Shown: piece by piece, positions 1-10,286 of the stretch
How positions within the stretch are numbered: position 1 is the first letter of the stretch
Layout of the letters: every line of letters begins with the position of its first letter
Assembly: GCA_028712355.1 (NCBI GenBank)
Contig: JAQTQH010000005.1
Coordinates: 1-44,849 of the forward strand
DNA: 44,849 nt
Source of the DNA: Dehalococcoidales bacterium
Lineage (GTDB): Bacteria > Chloroflexota > Dehalococcoidia > Dehalococcoidales > RBG-16-60-22
Reading direction: 5' to 3'
Made by a program: the position numbers and the translations under genes
Notes under the pieces: model-generated
What the model was told of the DNA's origin: nothing
The model's input: only the letters and a program-made list of their open reading frames with translations
The model's database searches: none

Positions 1-363
1 CATGAGATTGACCACCATCATGGGACCGATGGTGAGGTAGCCCCTCCCCGGAACCCCCGGCGGGTAGTTGAGCGGGCGGATGATGGGCATCTGCCCATCG
101 AGGTGGGTAATAATCTCCCTCTGCGCCCAGATGTGGTTGCCCGAGGTGATGACATCAACACCGGCATCCAGAAGTTCGCGGGCGGTCTCGACGGTCAGCC
201 CAAAGCCGCCGGCGGCGTTTTCGCCATTGGCGATAACAAAATCCAGTTCATATTGCTCGCACAGATCCGGCAGGAAATGGCGGATTGCCTTCCGTCCCGG
301 GCTGCCGACGACATCGCCGATGGCAAGGATGGATACTATCTCGTCTGAGGCGTGCTGCGCCAT
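1..363 (-). CDS. ymdB: YmdB-like metallophosphoesterase (2',3'-cyclic-nucleotide phosphodiesterase family); N-terminal part only, the gene runs off the window start
   Basis: Not in the ORF track because it is truncated. Translation from the ATG at 363..361 gives MAQHASDEIVSILAIGDVVGSPGRKAI..FVIANGENAAGGFGLT..ITSGNHIW, which carries metallophosphoesterase GD/GNH motifs. It starts 1 nt after the rny stop, matching the conserved rny-ymdB synteny. Confidence 0.75.
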   Translation of the reverse strand, partial: MAQHASDEIVSILAIGDVVGSPGRKAIRHFLPDLCEQYELDFVIANGENAAGGFGLTVETARELLDAGVDVITSGNHIWAQREIITHLDGQMPIIRPLNYPPGVPGRGYLTIGPMMVVNLM

Positions 364-364
364 T

Positions 365-1903
365 CTACTTGGCATAGTCTACTGCCCTGGTCTCGCGGAT
401 GACAGTTACTCTTATCTGTCCCGGGTATTCCAGCGATTCTTCGACCTTCTTTACGATGTCGCGGGCAAGCCGCATGGCGCCCAGGTCATCGATGTCCTCC
501 GGTTTAACCAGGATGCGCACCTCGCGGCCTGCCTGGATAGCGTAGGATTTATCCACTCCCTTGAAGCTGTTAGCAATGTCTTCGAGGGCTTTTAAGCGCT
601 TGATGTAGTTCTCCAGCGACTCGCGGCGAGCGCCGGGGCGGGCGCTGCTTATGGCGTCTGCTGCCGAGATTATGAAGCCCCAGACGCTGGTGTTGCTGGT
701 CTCCAGGTGGTGCTCGGCAACGCCTTTAAGCACTTCCGCTGACTTGTCCCACTGCTTCACGATGTCCGCACCAATGGCGGCGTGATTGCCCTCTATTTCA
801 CGGTCAACGGCTTTCCCGATGTCGTGGAGGAGACCGGCGCGTTTAGCCAGAGTTACATTGGCGCCGAGCTCGGCGGCAATCATGCCGGCGGTATAAGCCG
901 TCTCAATGCTGTGCGTGAGGACGTTCTGTCCATAGCTGGTGCGGAACTTAAGCCGCCCCAGCAGTTTGATGAGCTCGGGGTGCAGACCGTGGACGCCTAC
1001 CTGTATCGCAGCCTGCTCACCGGCGTTCACGATAGCGGCATCGACTTCTTCCTTCGCTTTGCCGACTACTTCTTCAATGCGGGCGGGATGGATGCGCCCA
1101 TCCAGAATAAGACGGGTCAGGACGAGGCGTGCCACCTCACGGCGCACCGGGTCGAAGCTGGACAGCGTGACCGCTTCCGGCGTATCATCGATAATCAAAT
1201 CGACGCCGGTAGCCTGTTCCAGGGCGCGGATGTTGCGTCCTTCCCGCCCGATGAGACGCCCCTTCATTTCATCACTGGGTAGCGGTACCGTCGACACGGT
1301 GGACTCGGCAACAATCTCCGAGGCGCTGCGCTGAATCGCCTGCGCCAAAATTTCCTGGGATTTCTCGTCCGCCTCTTCCTTCAGTTTGCTTTCCCACTGC
1401 CGCAGGCGGCGGGCGCCTTCCTGGCGGATTTCCACCTCCATGGTGTCCAGCAGCATTTTCTTGGCTTCGTCGTTGGTCATGCCGGAGATGACTTCGAGTT
1501 GTTTGAGCTGTTTGCCTTTGAGCTCCTCGAGGCTGTTGCGGGTGGTATCGATATCTTTTTCTCGGTTGATGAGGTTGCGTTCCCGCTGGTCGACACCTTC
1601 CAGCTTGCGTTCCAGCGTCTCCATCTTCTGGGTGAGCCGCGTCTCCTGGCGGTGCAGCTCGTTGCGGCGCTCACGGTACTCATTTTCTACCGCAGTTTTC
1701 GTTTTTTGTGATTCACCCTGAGCTTCCTGGATTACTTTCTCAGCCCGTCCCTTGGCTTCTACGATGATGCGGGCGGCTTTTCTTTCCGCGATGCGCAGTT
1801 TGCGGTTGAAGACCATCTGTCGCGAGAGGAAGGCAGCCATGCCGCCGAAGATAGCGCCAATCAGGAAGGCGAAGAATATCGCCAACACAATTTCAATTCC
1901 CAA
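365..1903 (-). CDS. rny: Ribonuclease Y
   Basis: 512 aa with an N-terminal TM helix and a long charged coiled coil. The KH domain is visible ([22 protein letters not shown]) and so is the HD domain (LLHDIGKA). Confidence 0.95.
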   Translation of the reverse strand: MGIEIVLAIFFAFLIGAIFGGMAAFLSRQMVFNRKLRIAERKAARIIVEAKGRAEKVIQEAQGESQKTKTAVENEYRERRNELHRQETRLTQKMETLERKLEGVDQRERNLINREKDIDTTRNSLEELKGKQLKQLEVISGMTNDEAKKMLLDTMEVEIRQEGARRLRQWESKLKEEADEKSQEILAQAIQRSASEIVAESTVSTVPLPSDEMKGRLIGREGRNIRALEQATGVDLIIDDTPEAVTLSSFDPVRREVARLVLTRLILDGRIHPARIEEVVGKAKEEVDAAIVNAGEQAAIQVGVHGLHPELIKLLGRLKFRTSYGQNVLTHSIETAYTAGMIAAELGANVTLAKRAGLLHDIGKAVDREIEGNHAAIGADIVKQWDKSAEVLKGVAEHHLETSNTSVWGFIISAADAISSARPGARRESLENYIKRLKALEDIANSFKGVDKSYAIQAGREVRILVKPEDIDDLGAMRLARDIVKKVEESLEYPGQIRVTVIRETRAVDYAK

Positions 1904-1985
1904 TTTTAACTCCTTTCGTTAACCGTTTAATATTTCATCTGCAGCAGATTATTAAACTTCAAAATCACGGAGTGGCTTTGCAAAG

Positions 1986-2615
1986 CTATCCGGAACCGCT
2001 CCCGCGTTCCTGCCACATCCGTTGCACCACATGTGTAATCACTTCGTAACCGAAGCCGCGCCGCCGCAGAAAGTCGCCAAGGCGTCGCCGAAAAATCTGG
2101 TAATCATCAAGAGGCAAAACCCGCGCTTTGTTTTGCGCGGCACGGTAAGCATTTTCCTCGTCATCAAGAGCAGCAACCGTCTGCGCGATAACGGCGTCGT
2201 CAATTCCTTTTTTCTTCAGTTCCTGTATAGTCAGCCATTTGCTGCGCGGGCGGAAATTAGTGCGATCTTCCTGCCAGAAGCGGGCGAATTCAGTATCGTT
2301 CAGGAGCCCGCTTTGCTTCAAGCTTTCCAGTACCGATGTAATATTTCCCGGGTCAAAGCCCCGCCGCCGTAATTGCGTACCAAGTTCAGATTCGCTGCGG
2401 GGACGGTAGCTTAAATAGCGTTGTGCCGCGTTCAGGCAGCGCTGTCGGTCATCGTCTTTTTTCAAAGATTCCAGTACAAAGTTATCGACTTCCTGACCCA
2501 CCCGCAGCCCGGCGCGGAAGGCTACCTCGGCTTCCAGTTGAAATGCTGGTTTGTCGTCCAGGTACAGTCTTATTTTTTTTCTCCTGCCCACCGGCAGGCG
2601 TGTAATCTTACTCAT
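1986..2615 (-). CDS. recX: Recombination regulator RecX
   Basis: 209 aa, directly downstream of recA on the same strand. It has a helical-repeat composition and the RRGF motif typical of RecX. Confidence 0.8.
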   Translation of the reverse strand: MSKITRLPVGRRKKIRLYLDDKPAFQLEAEVAFRAGLRVGQEVDNFVLESLKKDDDRQRCLNAAQRYLSYRPRSESELGTQLRRRGFDPGNITSVLESLKQSGLLNDTEFARFWQEDRTNFRPRSKWLTIQELKKKGIDDAVIAQTVAALDDEENAYRAAQNKARVLPLDDYQIFRRRLGDFLRRRGFGYEVITHVVQRMWQERGSGSG

Positions 2616-2645
2616 TCTGTTTTATTTTGCCTGTTCTAAAACACA

Positions 2646-2673
2646 AAAGGCTGAAGCTTTTGCCTCAGCCTTT
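2646..2673 (-). terminator. Intrinsic terminator/attenuator hairpin between recA and recX
   Basis: On the minus strand: AAAGGCUGAGGC-AAAA-GCUUCAGCCUUU, a 12-bp stem with one G-U pair, followed by UGUGUUUUA. Confidence 0.5.
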
Positions 2674-2715
2674 CTTTACTCACTATTGACGGGATATAAC
2701 TGGTATCAGATGGAA

Positions 2716-3771
2716 CTAATTATTATTATCGCTGCCGGAGCCATTGTCGCCGGCAGTGTCACTATCGGATACTGCATGATGAGTAGAGAAGGCTGAATTA
2801 CGGATATTCTGTTCGATTTCCTTGGCAAGTTCGTGGTTCTGCGCCAGGTATTGACGCGCATTTTCCCGGCCCTGCCCCAGGCGGATATCGCCGTACGAGA
2901 GGAAAGCACCAGCCTTCTTGATTAAATCCATTTCCAGTCCCAGGTCGATAAGGTTGCCTTCCTTGCTGATGCCGTGATCGAACATGATGTCGAACTCGGC
3001 GCTGCGGAAGGGCGGAGCCACCTTATTCTTGACAACCTTCGCTTTAACATGATTGCCGACTGCCTCGTTGCCCTGTTTAATGGTCTCGACTCTACGGAGC
3101 TCAATCCGGACGGAAGCATAGAATTTGAGTGCCCGCCCGCCCGGCGTGACTTCCGGATTGCCAAAGACGATTCCCACCTTTTCTCGGAGCTGGTTGATGA
3201 AGAGAACGGCAGTTCCCGACCGACCAATGGCGGCGGCCAGTTTTCGTAAGGCCTGGGACATCAGCCGTGCCTGAAGACCGACATGGGCATCACCCATTTC
3301 TCCTTCGATTTCAGCACGGGGAACCAGGGCGGCTACGCTGTCCACCACAATCACGTCAATCGCACCACTACGCACCAGGGCTTCGGTAATTTCCAGGGCT
3401 TGTTCGCCGGTATCAGGCTGCGAAATCAGCAGGTCATCGATATTCACGCCGCAAACGCCCGCATAGGCGGGATCCATGGCATGTTCGGCATCGATGTAAG
3501 CAGCCGTACCGCCTTGTTTCTGCGCCTCAGCAATGATGTGCTGGGCTAAGGTTGTCTTGCCTGACGACTCGGGCCCGAAAATTTCGGTAATGCGCCCGCG
3601 GGGGATTCCTCCGATACCCAGGGCAAGGTCCAGAGCCAGCGAGCCACTGGGGACTGCCTCTACCTTGGGCATCGCCCCAGGCTCGCCCATCTTCATGATG
3701 GACCCTTTGCCGAACCTTTTTTCAATTTGCCCGATGGCTAATTCTAAGGCTTTCGCTCTCTCTGTCGTCAT
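2716..3771 (-). CDS. recA: Recombinase RecA
   Basis: 351 aa. Walker A is [11 protein letters not shown], and the signature [34 protein letters not shown] is unmistakably RecA. Confidence 0.97.
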   Translation of the reverse strand: MTTERAKALELAIGQIEKRFGKGSIMKMGEPGAMPKVEAVPSGSLALDLALGIGGIPRGRITEIFGPESSGKTTLAQHIIAEAQKQGGTAAYIDAEHAMDPAYAGVCGVNIDDLLISQPDTGEQALEITEALVRSGAIDVIVVDSVAALVPRAEIEGEMGDAHVGLQARLMSQALRKLAAAIGRSGTAVLFINQLREKVGIVFGNPEVTPGGRALKFYASVRIELRRVETIKQGNEAVGNHVKAKVVKNKVAPPFRSAEFDIMFDHGISKEGNLIDLGLEMDLIKKAGAFLSYGDIRLGQGRENARQYLAQNHELAKEIEQNIRNSAFSTHHAVSDSDTAGDNGSGSDNNN

Positions 3772-3809
3772 ATCCTACTTAACCGCATAATAGCATAACA
3801 AACATAGTA

Positions 3810-3821
3810 AAACAAGTGTTC
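3810..3821 (-). promoter_or_regulatory. Candidate LexA (Cheo-type) SOS box upstream of recA
   Basis: The minus strand reads GAACACTTGTTT, which is GAAC-N4-GTTC with one mismatch. It lies 39 nt upstream of the recA start codon. Confidence 0.3.
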
Positions 3822-3908
3822 GTAGAGGGGTAGCAGGCTGGGTTAAATCCTCCTTTTTGCATATGTGAGTTGTGAGGTAGTATACTACCGAACAGTTAAG
3901 AGTTCAAC

Positions 3909-5456
3909 ATGCCAAAAGCGGATTTAGTCCTCAAAAACGCCAATATCATTACGATGGACAGACGGCAGCCGTCCGCTGGCTCCCTGGCAATCAAAGGCGG
4001 CCGAATTCTGCTGGCAGTGGAGAAAGATGTTCCTGATTGTGTAATCGGGATGGGGACAAAGATAATCGACTGCGGCGGCAGGACGGTATTGCCTGGCTTC
4101 ATCGACGCGCATTGTCACCTGTTTTCTTTTATCCGTAAGATGCTTAGCCTCGACCTGAGTCCGTCCGTGGTGCGTTCTATTGAAGATATTAAGACGATTA
4201 TCCGACGTAAAGCGCAAGAAACCCCGCCCGGTGCATGGATTGCCGGCACCGATTACAATGATTTTTACCTTGCCGAAAAGCGGCATCCCAATCGTCAAGA
4301 CCTCGATGAAGCAGCGCCGGATAATCCGGTTGTGCTGAGTCACCGCGGCTTGCACTGCTGCGTCCTCAACAGCATGGCGCTGGCACTGGCGAACATCAAT
4401 CGCGAGACGTCTGATCCGCCCGATGCCACTATTGAGCGCGACCTTACCACCGGAGAGCCGACCGGCGTGCTGTTCGAGATGCTCGGCTATGTCCGCGGCA
4501 AAATCATTCCCCAGTTCACTGATGAGGAGCTTAATCAGGGGATGATTCTGGTCAACCAGCAATACCTAAAATATGGCATTACCTCTATCCATGATGCCAC
4601 CGTGAGGAACGACTACGAGCGCTGGCAGGTCATCCGTCGGTTCAAGGATTCCGGAAGGCTCAAAAGCCGCGTTTATATGATGGCAGGCTTGCCTCATTAC
4701 ACGCGATTTGCAGAGCAAGGCATGAAAACAGGCGACGGGGATGCTGATTTAAGACTGGGCGCCGTCAAAGTAATGACATCGACAGCTACGGGGTGGTTAT
4801 TGCCCGAACAAAGAGAGCTAAACCGCATTGCCTTTGAAATCAGCCGGGCGGGCTTTCAACTTGCTTTTCACGCCGTTGAAGAAGAAGCGGTTATCTCTGC
4901 CGTTTCCGCTCTGGAATATGTTGCTGAAAAACCGACTCAGAAGAACCGGCGACACCGCATCGAACATTGTTCAGAATGCATCACCTCGCTTATCGAGAGA
5001 ATGCATAAACTGGGTACGGTTGTTGTTACCCAGCCGCCGTTTGTCTATTACAGCGGCGAACGGTATCTTGCTACTTTGACTCCTTATCAGCTATCTATGC
5101 TGTACCGCTTTAAATCTATCTTCGGTGGCGGTGTGCCGGTCGCCGCCAGTTCCGACTCCCCGGTAGTCGGCGGGAATCCATTGGTAGGCGTCTATGCCGC
5201 CGTGACGCGCAAAGCGGAAAACGGACAATCGGTCTTGCTTGAGGAAAGTATATCAGTAAAACAGGCGCTGGAAATGTACACCATCAACGCGGCTTATGCT
5301 TCCTTTGAAGAAGATGTCAAAGGCTCAATTATTGCCGGGAAATTAGCAGATATGGTTGTCTTGAGCTCCGACCCAACCCAGGTACCGCCTGACGCGCTAA
5401 AAGATATTAAGGTGGAGATGACCATAATCGGGGGCATGGTGGTGTGGGATAGTTGA
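3909..5456 (+). CDS. Amidohydrolase-family metallohydrolase (YtcJ-like, amidohydrolase 3)
   Basis: 515 aa. N-terminal pattern ADLVLKNANIITMD..LPGFIDAHCHL contains the HxH metal motif, and the C-terminal pattern GKLADMVVL is typical of the family. Confidence 0.8.
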   Translation: MPKADLVLKNANIITMDRRQPSAGSLAIKGGRILLAVEKDVPDCVIGMGTKIIDCGGRTVLPGFIDAHCHLFSFIRKMLSLDLSPSVVRSIEDIKTIIRRKAQETPPGAWIAGTDYNDFYLAEKRHPNRQDLDEAAPDNPVVLSHRGLHCCVLNSMALALANINRETSDPPDATIERDLTTGEPTGVLFEMLGYVRGKIIPQFTDEELNQGMILVNQQYLKYGITSIHDATVRNDYERWQVIRRFKDSGRLKSRVYMMAGLPHYTRFAEQGMKTGDGDADLRLGAVKVMTSTATGWLLPEQRELNRIAFEISRAGFQLAFHAVEEEAVISAVSALEYVAEKPTQKNRRHRIEHCSECITSLIERMHKLGTVVVTQPPFVYYSGERYLATLTPYQLSMLYRFKSIFGGGVPVAASSDSPVVGGNPLVGVYAAVTRKAENGQSVLLEESISVKQALEMYTINAAYASFEEDVKGSIIAGKLADMVVLSSDPTQVPPDALKDIKVEMTIIGGMVVWDS

Positions 5457-5462
5457 CATAAA

Positions 5463-5834
5463 TTATTCGACGCCGGTGCTGAAGACGGAAGCTACCGCGT
5501 AATCCCGGGAGTGGGAAAGGCTCACGGCGATATCGCTTAAGCCGAGTTGATTGGCGGCTTTAAGCGCGCCGCCGGACAACCTGACAAAGGGCTTTCCTGT
5601 GTTGTGAGAGAGGATTTCAATATCGCGCCAGCAAACGCCGCGCACGCCGGTGCCCAGCAGCTTCATGACGGCTTCCTTGCCGGCAAAGCGCACCGCCAGC
5701 ACATTCGGCTTGTTCCGGCACAATCGCAATTCCGGCTCGGTGTAAATGCGGCTCAGGAAGCGCTCGCCCCAGCGCAGCAGTGCTTCTTTGATGCGTGGTA
5801 TTTCGATAATATCAATGCCGGTATAATGTTTCAT
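5463..5834 (-). CDS. acpS: Holo-[acyl-carrier-protein] synthase
   Basis: 123 aa. GIDIIEIPRI..FAGKEAVMK..LSHSRDYAVA is the typical AcpS 4'-phosphopantetheinyl transferase pattern. Confidence 0.85.
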   Translation of the reverse strand: MKHYTGIDIIEIPRIKEALLRWGERFLSRIYTEPELRLCRNKPNVLAVRFAGKEAVMKLLGTGVRGVCWRDIEILSHNTGKPFVRLSGGALKAANQLGLSDIAVSLSHSRDYAVASVFSTGVE

Positions 5835-6658
5835 CTGGAAACTGTTTTGGCCGGTTGGGGCTTCATCAGACCCAGTTCCTTGAGCAGGCCATCACAAATT
5901 CGCTCAATCGTGCGGAGCGGCGGGCGGCGGTGGAACGAGGTGTAAATAGGTGTGATGGAAATATTGCCATGTGTTACCGCCCACACGTCGGTGTCTTCCG
6001 CAACGGCATTGTTGGTCATCTGGCGCACCAGGCAATAGTACTTTCCCCTGCCGTCATTTCCTTCTTCAACGGTATTGATGTGGCTGCGGTGAGCAAGGCG
6101 GGTTATCAGCGCGCCGCGCATTTCCGTCTGAGGACGGTCCGGAATATTAACATTGAGAAAGAGGTTGGGTTCTGCCGGCGCTTCCACAATACCTTTCGCG
6201 ATCAGTGCCGCGATTCTAGCCGCGGACACCGGTCCTTGCCCGTTGCGGAATTCCATCGAGACCGCCAGGGCGGGAAAACCGCGCAGATAACCCTGCAAAG
6301 CAGCGCCGACGGTTCCGGAGATATGGGTATCTTCTCCCAAATTTAAGTCCTGATTGATACCGGAAACCACCAGATCGATTTTACCATGCGCCAGCTTGCC
6401 CAGTGCGAGGATAACTGCATCGGAAGGAGTGCCGTCAACGGAATAGGCGATAACGCCCGGCACCTCTGGAACAACCTCGTTGACCCGCAGTGTCTGGCGC
6501 AACGTAACCGCCGTGCCGATGGCGCTCCGTTCCCCATCCGGTGCGGAGACTACCACATCGGCAATTTGTTTGAGCTCTTTGACCAGCGCCCACAGCCAGG
6601 GCGATTTGATGCCGTCATCATTGGAGACCAGTATTTGCATACGGTCTGAGTTTAACAC
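5831..6658 (-). CDS. surE: 5'/3'-nucleotidase SurE
   Basis: 275 aa. It has the N-terminal ILVSNDDGI motif and the GINxG motif (SGINQDLNLG). Confidence 0.9.
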   Translation of the reverse strand: MLNSDRMQILVSNDDGIKSPWLWALVKELKQIADVVVSAPDGERSAIGTAVTLRQTLRVNEVVPEVPGVIAYSVDGTPSDAVILALGKLAHGKIDLVVSGINQDLNLGEDTHISGTVGAALQGYLRGFPALAVSMEFRNGQGPVSAARIAALIAKGIVEAPAEPNLFLNVNIPDRPQTEMRGALITRLAHRSHINTVEEGNDGRGKYYCLVRQMTNNAVAEDTDVWAVTHGNISITPIYTSFHRRPPLRTIERICDGLLKELGLMKPQPAKTVSR

Positions 6659-6746
6659 AGGCGGCGGATTAGCGGCAAACAGTTTCTGGGTTTTAGATAC
6701 AAAGATTTGCCGCCATAAGCAGCTTTATGCTAGAATTTTTAGTAGA

Positions 6747-7289
6747 ATGAATACTTTTATTGATGAAGTCAAAGCTACTCCCGGCGGCGAGAACGTCCTC
6801 GCCTGTATACAGTGCGGTATGTGCAGCGGCAGCTGTCCAATGGCTAACCAGATGGAATATGCGCCGCGCCAGCTTATCGCCATGATACGGGCAGACCTCA
6901 AGGATGAAGTCCTTTCCTCAAACTCAATGTGGTATTGTCTTTCCTGCTACCTCTGTACGGCGCGTTGCCCCAAAGGGGTTAAACCCACAGACCTGGCGCA
7001 TGCTCTGGAAAGTCTGGCGACCCAGCAGGGCTACCGTACGAGGGGTAACAACAATCCGGAGATGTACCGTGCCTTTGTTGGCTCCATCAAGAGCAACGGG
7101 CGGGTGCACGAGTTTGGAATGATGATGAAGTATTACCTGTCTACCAACCCGTTTGCCGCTCTAAAGGTCGCTGCCGTGGGTTTACAGATGTTTATACACA
7201 GCCGGTTGCCGCTGAAAGCCACGAAAGTCAAAAACCGGGGCGATATACCCGCCATCATTAAAAAATTCAAGGAAGTGAGGAGTAAATGA
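6747..7289 (+). CDS. hdrC: Heterodisulfide reductase subunit C
   Basis: Two ferredoxin-like Cys clusters are present (CIQCGMCSGSCP, CLSCYLCTARCP). I chose the ATG at 6747 because the longer tracked ORF starting at 6480 overlaps surE. The stop overlaps the hdrB start as ATGA. Confidence 0.8.
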   Translation: MNTFIDEVKATPGGENVLACIQCGMCSGSCPMANQMEYAPRQLIAMIRADLKDEVLSSNSMWYCLSCYLCTARCPKGVKPTDLAHALESLATQQGYRTRGNNNPEMYRAFVGSIKSNGRVHEFGMMMKYYLSTNPFAALKVAAVGLQMFIHSRLPLKATKVKNRGDIPAIIKKFKEVRSK

Positions 7290-8173
7290 AATACTATACT
7301 TACTTCCCCGGTTGTTCCTCGGAAAGCACCGCCCTCGGCATGAGCATTTCCCTTGAGGCGATTGCCGGGCCGCTGGACATGAAGCTGGCGGAGATGGAAG
7401 ACTGGACCTGCTGCGGTTCGACACCGTACGGCTCGCTGGACGAAATGGAATCACTGGTGATTGCCGCGCGCAACCTGGCGCTCGCCGAAAAGATTGGGCT
7501 GGATATGGTTACGCCGTGCAGTTCCTGCTATGTCACCCTGAACAAAGCCAATCATCATCTGAAAGAGCATCCGCAACTGATGGCGCAGGTCAATGAAGCG
7601 CTGGCGGTCGCTAAAATGCAGTACAAGGGCAGCGTTAAAGTCCGCCACATCGTTGATGTCCTTTATACTGATATTAAACCTGAATCTATTGCGGCCAAAG
7701 TAAAACAAAAACTTGCCGGTTTGAAAGTAGCCGCTTACTCCGGTTGCCAGCTCGTGCGGCCCGACTACGGCTTTGACCATGTGGAATTTCCTGACAAGCT
7801 GGATGAACTGGTCAGGTGTCTCGGCGCAGAGGCGGTTAACTTCCCGCTGAAATCACGGTGCTGCGGCAGTTCTTTGAGTATATCCGAGACGGACAAAGTG
7901 CTGGGCTTGATGGAGAAACTCTTCGCCAACGCCGCTGAGAACGGTGCTCAGTGCTTCACAACCCCGTGCCCCCTTTGCCAGACTAATTTGGATGCTTACC
8001 AGAGCCTGGTCAATGCGAAATTTGGTACTCATTATAACCTGCCTGTTTTCTTCATCTCGCAATTAATCGGGGTCGCCCTTGGGATGGATGAAAAATCGCT
8101 GGGGCTGGACAAAAATATCGTTTCTCCGCGGCCGGTTTTGCGGCAGTTAAGCGAGGTTAAAAGTGGAACCTAG
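7286..8173 (+). CDS. hdrB: Heterodisulfide reductase subunit B
   Basis: 295 aa with two CCG-type Cys-rich domains (CCGS..PCSSC and CCGSS..PCPLC). Confidence 0.85.
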   Translation: MKYYTYFPGCSSESTALGMSISLEAIAGPLDMKLAEMEDWTCCGSTPYGSLDEMESLVIAARNLALAEKIGLDMVTPCSSCYVTLNKANHHLKEHPQLMAQVNEALAVAKMQYKGSVKVRHIVDVLYTDIKPESIAAKVKQKLAGLKVAAYSGCQLVRPDYGFDHVEFPDKLDELVRCLGAEAVNFPLKSRCCGSSLSISETDKVLGLMEKLFANAAENGAQCFTTPCPLCQTNLDAYQSLVNAKFGTHYNLPVFFISQLIGVALGMDEKSLGLDKNIVSPRPVLRQLSEVKSGT

Positions 8174-10160
8174 GATTGGCGTTTACGTTTGTCACTGCGG
8201 TAGTAATATTGCCGGTACGGTAGAATGTGCTGAAGTAAGTAAATACGCCCAGAGTTTGCCCGGTGTCAAAGTGGCACGCGATTATAAGTTCATGTGCTCC
8301 GACCCCGGACAGGAGATGATTAAGAAAGATATCCGCGAGATGGGATTAAACCGGGTCGTGGTCGCGTCCTGCTCACCGACGATGCATGAGCCGACCTTCC
8401 GCCGCGCCTGCCAGGACGCCGGACTGAATCCCTATTTCTTTGAGATGGCAAACATCCGCGAACACTGTTCCTGGGTTACCGAAGACCATAAAGATGCCAC
8501 TGAAAAAGCCAAAGCGCTGGTAAGCGCGGCGGCTTATCGCGTTTATTATCACCAGCCGCTGGAAAAACGCGAGGTGGAAATCAATCCCAACACCTTGATT
8601 GTGGGCGGCGGCATCGCGGGCATCCAGGCAGCGCTCAAAATTGCTGATTCCGGCCATAAAGTTTTCCTGGTCGAACGGGAGCCCAGCATCGGCGGACACA
8701 TGGCGCAGCTTGATAAGACTTTTCCCACACTTGATTGCTCCGCCTGTATTCTGACCCCCAAGATGACGCTAGTTGGCTCGCATCCTAATATTACCCTGCT
8801 CACCTACAGCGAAGTCGAGCAGGTCGGCGGCTACGTGGGCAACTTCCATGTGAAAGTCCGCAAGAAAGCGCGGTATATCGACTGGAACAAGTGCACTGGC
8901 TGCGGGCGCTGCACGGAAATATGCCCCACCAAGGTGCCCAACCTTTTCGAGGAAAAACTAGGCGAGCGACGTGCCGTTTACAAACACTTTGCCCAGGCGG
9001 TGCCCAACCGTGTTGTCATTGACGCGGAAACTTGCCGTCACATCCAGGGTCTCAAGCAGGGTAAAGACCTCTGCCGCCTCTGCCAGAAGGGTATCGAGAA
9101 GAAGGGCATCGTCGGCTGCGAGACTGGTGCTATCGATTTCAATCAGAAGGATGAGATTGTGGAGCTTGAGGTCGGCGCCATTATTGTCGCCACCGGCTTC
9201 AATTTGTTCGATGCGTCGAGGATTTACCAGTACGGCTATGGTAGATATGATAATGTACTGACTTCTCTCGAGTTTGAGCGCATGATTAACTCCGCCGGTC
9301 CCACGGGCGGGCATGTCAAACTCAAGAACGGGAATGAGCCGGAAGCTATCGCCCTCATCCATTGCGTGGGCAGCCGCGATGAAAAATACCATGCCTACTG
9401 CTCCCGTGTCTGCTGCATGTACTCCATGAAATTCGCCCACCTTCTAAAAGAGCACACCCATGCTGCGGTATATGAGTTCTATATCGATATACGCAGCTTT
9501 GGCAAGGGCTACGAAGAGTTCTATAATCGCATGCTCAACGAAGGCACTGTCTTCATCCGCGGCAAACCGGCGGAAATCACCGACGTTGCCGAAAAGCCGG
9601 AGGAAAAAGGTAAGCTGGTTGTCCAGTTTGAAGATACCCTGGCAGGTAAGCAGCGCCGCATCCCGGTAGATATGGTGATTCTGGGTTGCGGGCTGGAGCC
9701 TCAGGTAGACACCAACGATGTCGGCCGTATGTTCAATATCAGCCGCTCCGCCGATGGCTTTTTTCTGGAAAAGCATCCCAAGCTTGACCCAGTAGCTACT
9801 ATGACGGATGGCATCTTCATCGCTGGCTGCTGCCAGAGCCCCAAGGACATCCCGGATACAGTTGCCCAGGCTTCTGCCGCCGCCGCCGAAGCCCTGTCGC
9901 TTATCGACCGGGGTAAAGTAGAGGTAGAAGCGGCTACCGCAGTTATTGATGCAAAACTCTGTTCAGGATGCCGACTGTGCGAATCGGTCTGTCCTTATAC
10001 CGCCATCACTTTCGATACGGCGAAAAAGGTTTGTCAGGTTAATGCCGCGCTTTGCAAAGGCTGCGGCGCCTGCGTGGGCGGCTGTACCGCCGATGCCATC
10101 AGCCTCAACCACTACACCAACGAGCAGATTCTCGCCCAGATGGAAGGCGCTCTGGCGTAG
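8163..10160 (+). CDS. hdrA: Heterodisulfide reductase subunit A (FAD/FeS flavoprotein)
   Basis: 665 aa. It has the N-terminal IGVYVCHCGSNIAG motif, FAD fold GGGIAGIQAA, several CxxCxxCxxxCP clusters and a C-terminal 2x[4Fe-4S] domain. It uses a GTG start with GAGG 7 nt upstream. Confidence 0.9.
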   Translation: MEPRIGVYVCHCGSNIAGTVECAEVSKYAQSLPGVKVARDYKFMCSDPGQEMIKKDIREMGLNRVVVASCSPTMHEPTFRRACQDAGLNPYFFEMANIREHCSWVTEDHKDATEKAKALVSAAAYRVYYHQPLEKREVEINPNTLIVGGGIAGIQAALKIADSGHKVFLVEREPSIGGHMAQLDKTFPTLDCSACILTPKMTLVGSHPNITLLTYSEVEQVGGYVGNFHVKVRKKARYIDWNKCTGCGRCTEICPTKVPNLFEEKLGERRAVYKHFAQAVPNRVVIDAETCRHIQGLKQGKDLCRLCQKGIEKKGIVGCETGAIDFNQKDEIVELEVGAIIVATGFNLFDASRIYQYGYGRYDNVLTSLEFERMINSAGPTGGHVKLKNGNEPEAIALIHCVGSRDEKYHAYCSRVCCMYSMKFAHLLKEHTHAAVYEFYIDIRSFGKGYEEFYNRMLNEGTVFIRGKPAEITDVAEKPEEKGKLVVQFEDTLAGKQRRIPVDMVILGCGLEPQVDTNDVGRMFNISRSADGFFLEKHPKLDPVATMTDGIFIAGCCQSPKDIPDTVAQASAAAAEALSLIDRGKVEVEAATAVIDAKLCSGCRLCESVCPYTAITFDTAKKVCQVNAALCKGCGACVGGCTADAISLNHYTNEQILAQMEGALA

Positions 10161-10187
10161 CGGCTTCATTTTAAAACTAAAGCATCA

Positions 10188-10209
10188 GGAGGGGACGCCA
10201 GTCCCCTCC
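10188..10209 (+). terminator. Hairpin after hdrA
   Basis: GGAGGGGAC-GCCA-GTCCCCTCC is a 9-bp GC-rich stem. The downstream T-tract is weak. Confidence 0.4.
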
Positions 10210-10227
10210 CTTAGTATCCCCCACGTA

Positions 10228-10256
10228 TTGACTAATTTCTGAAGCAAAGATAAGAT
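10228..10256 (+). promoter_or_regulatory. Sigma70-like promoter for the Sec-glutaredoxin / reductase pair
   Basis: TTGACT - 17 nt - TAAGAT, about 30 nt upstream of the ATG at 10287. Confidence 0.4.
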
Positions 10257-10286
10257 TAGCACGAGTATATTTCACGGAGGTGTGCT

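Noticed and set aside
3889-3905. Inverted repeat GAACAGTTAAGAGTTC just upstream of the amidohydrolase start, considered as a second LexA box.
   Set aside because: The spacing is N8, not the N4 of the Cheo box. It overlaps the translation initiation region and is probably coincidental.
3924-4562. A 212-aa minus-strand ORF.
   Set aside because: It is antisense to the amidohydrolase gene, which has clear family motifs.
6480-6746. The long N-terminal extension of the hdrC ORF, which the track starts at 6480.
   Set aside because: The extension overlaps surE on the opposite strand and has no HdrC-like sequence. The ATG at 6747 gives a normal-length HdrC.
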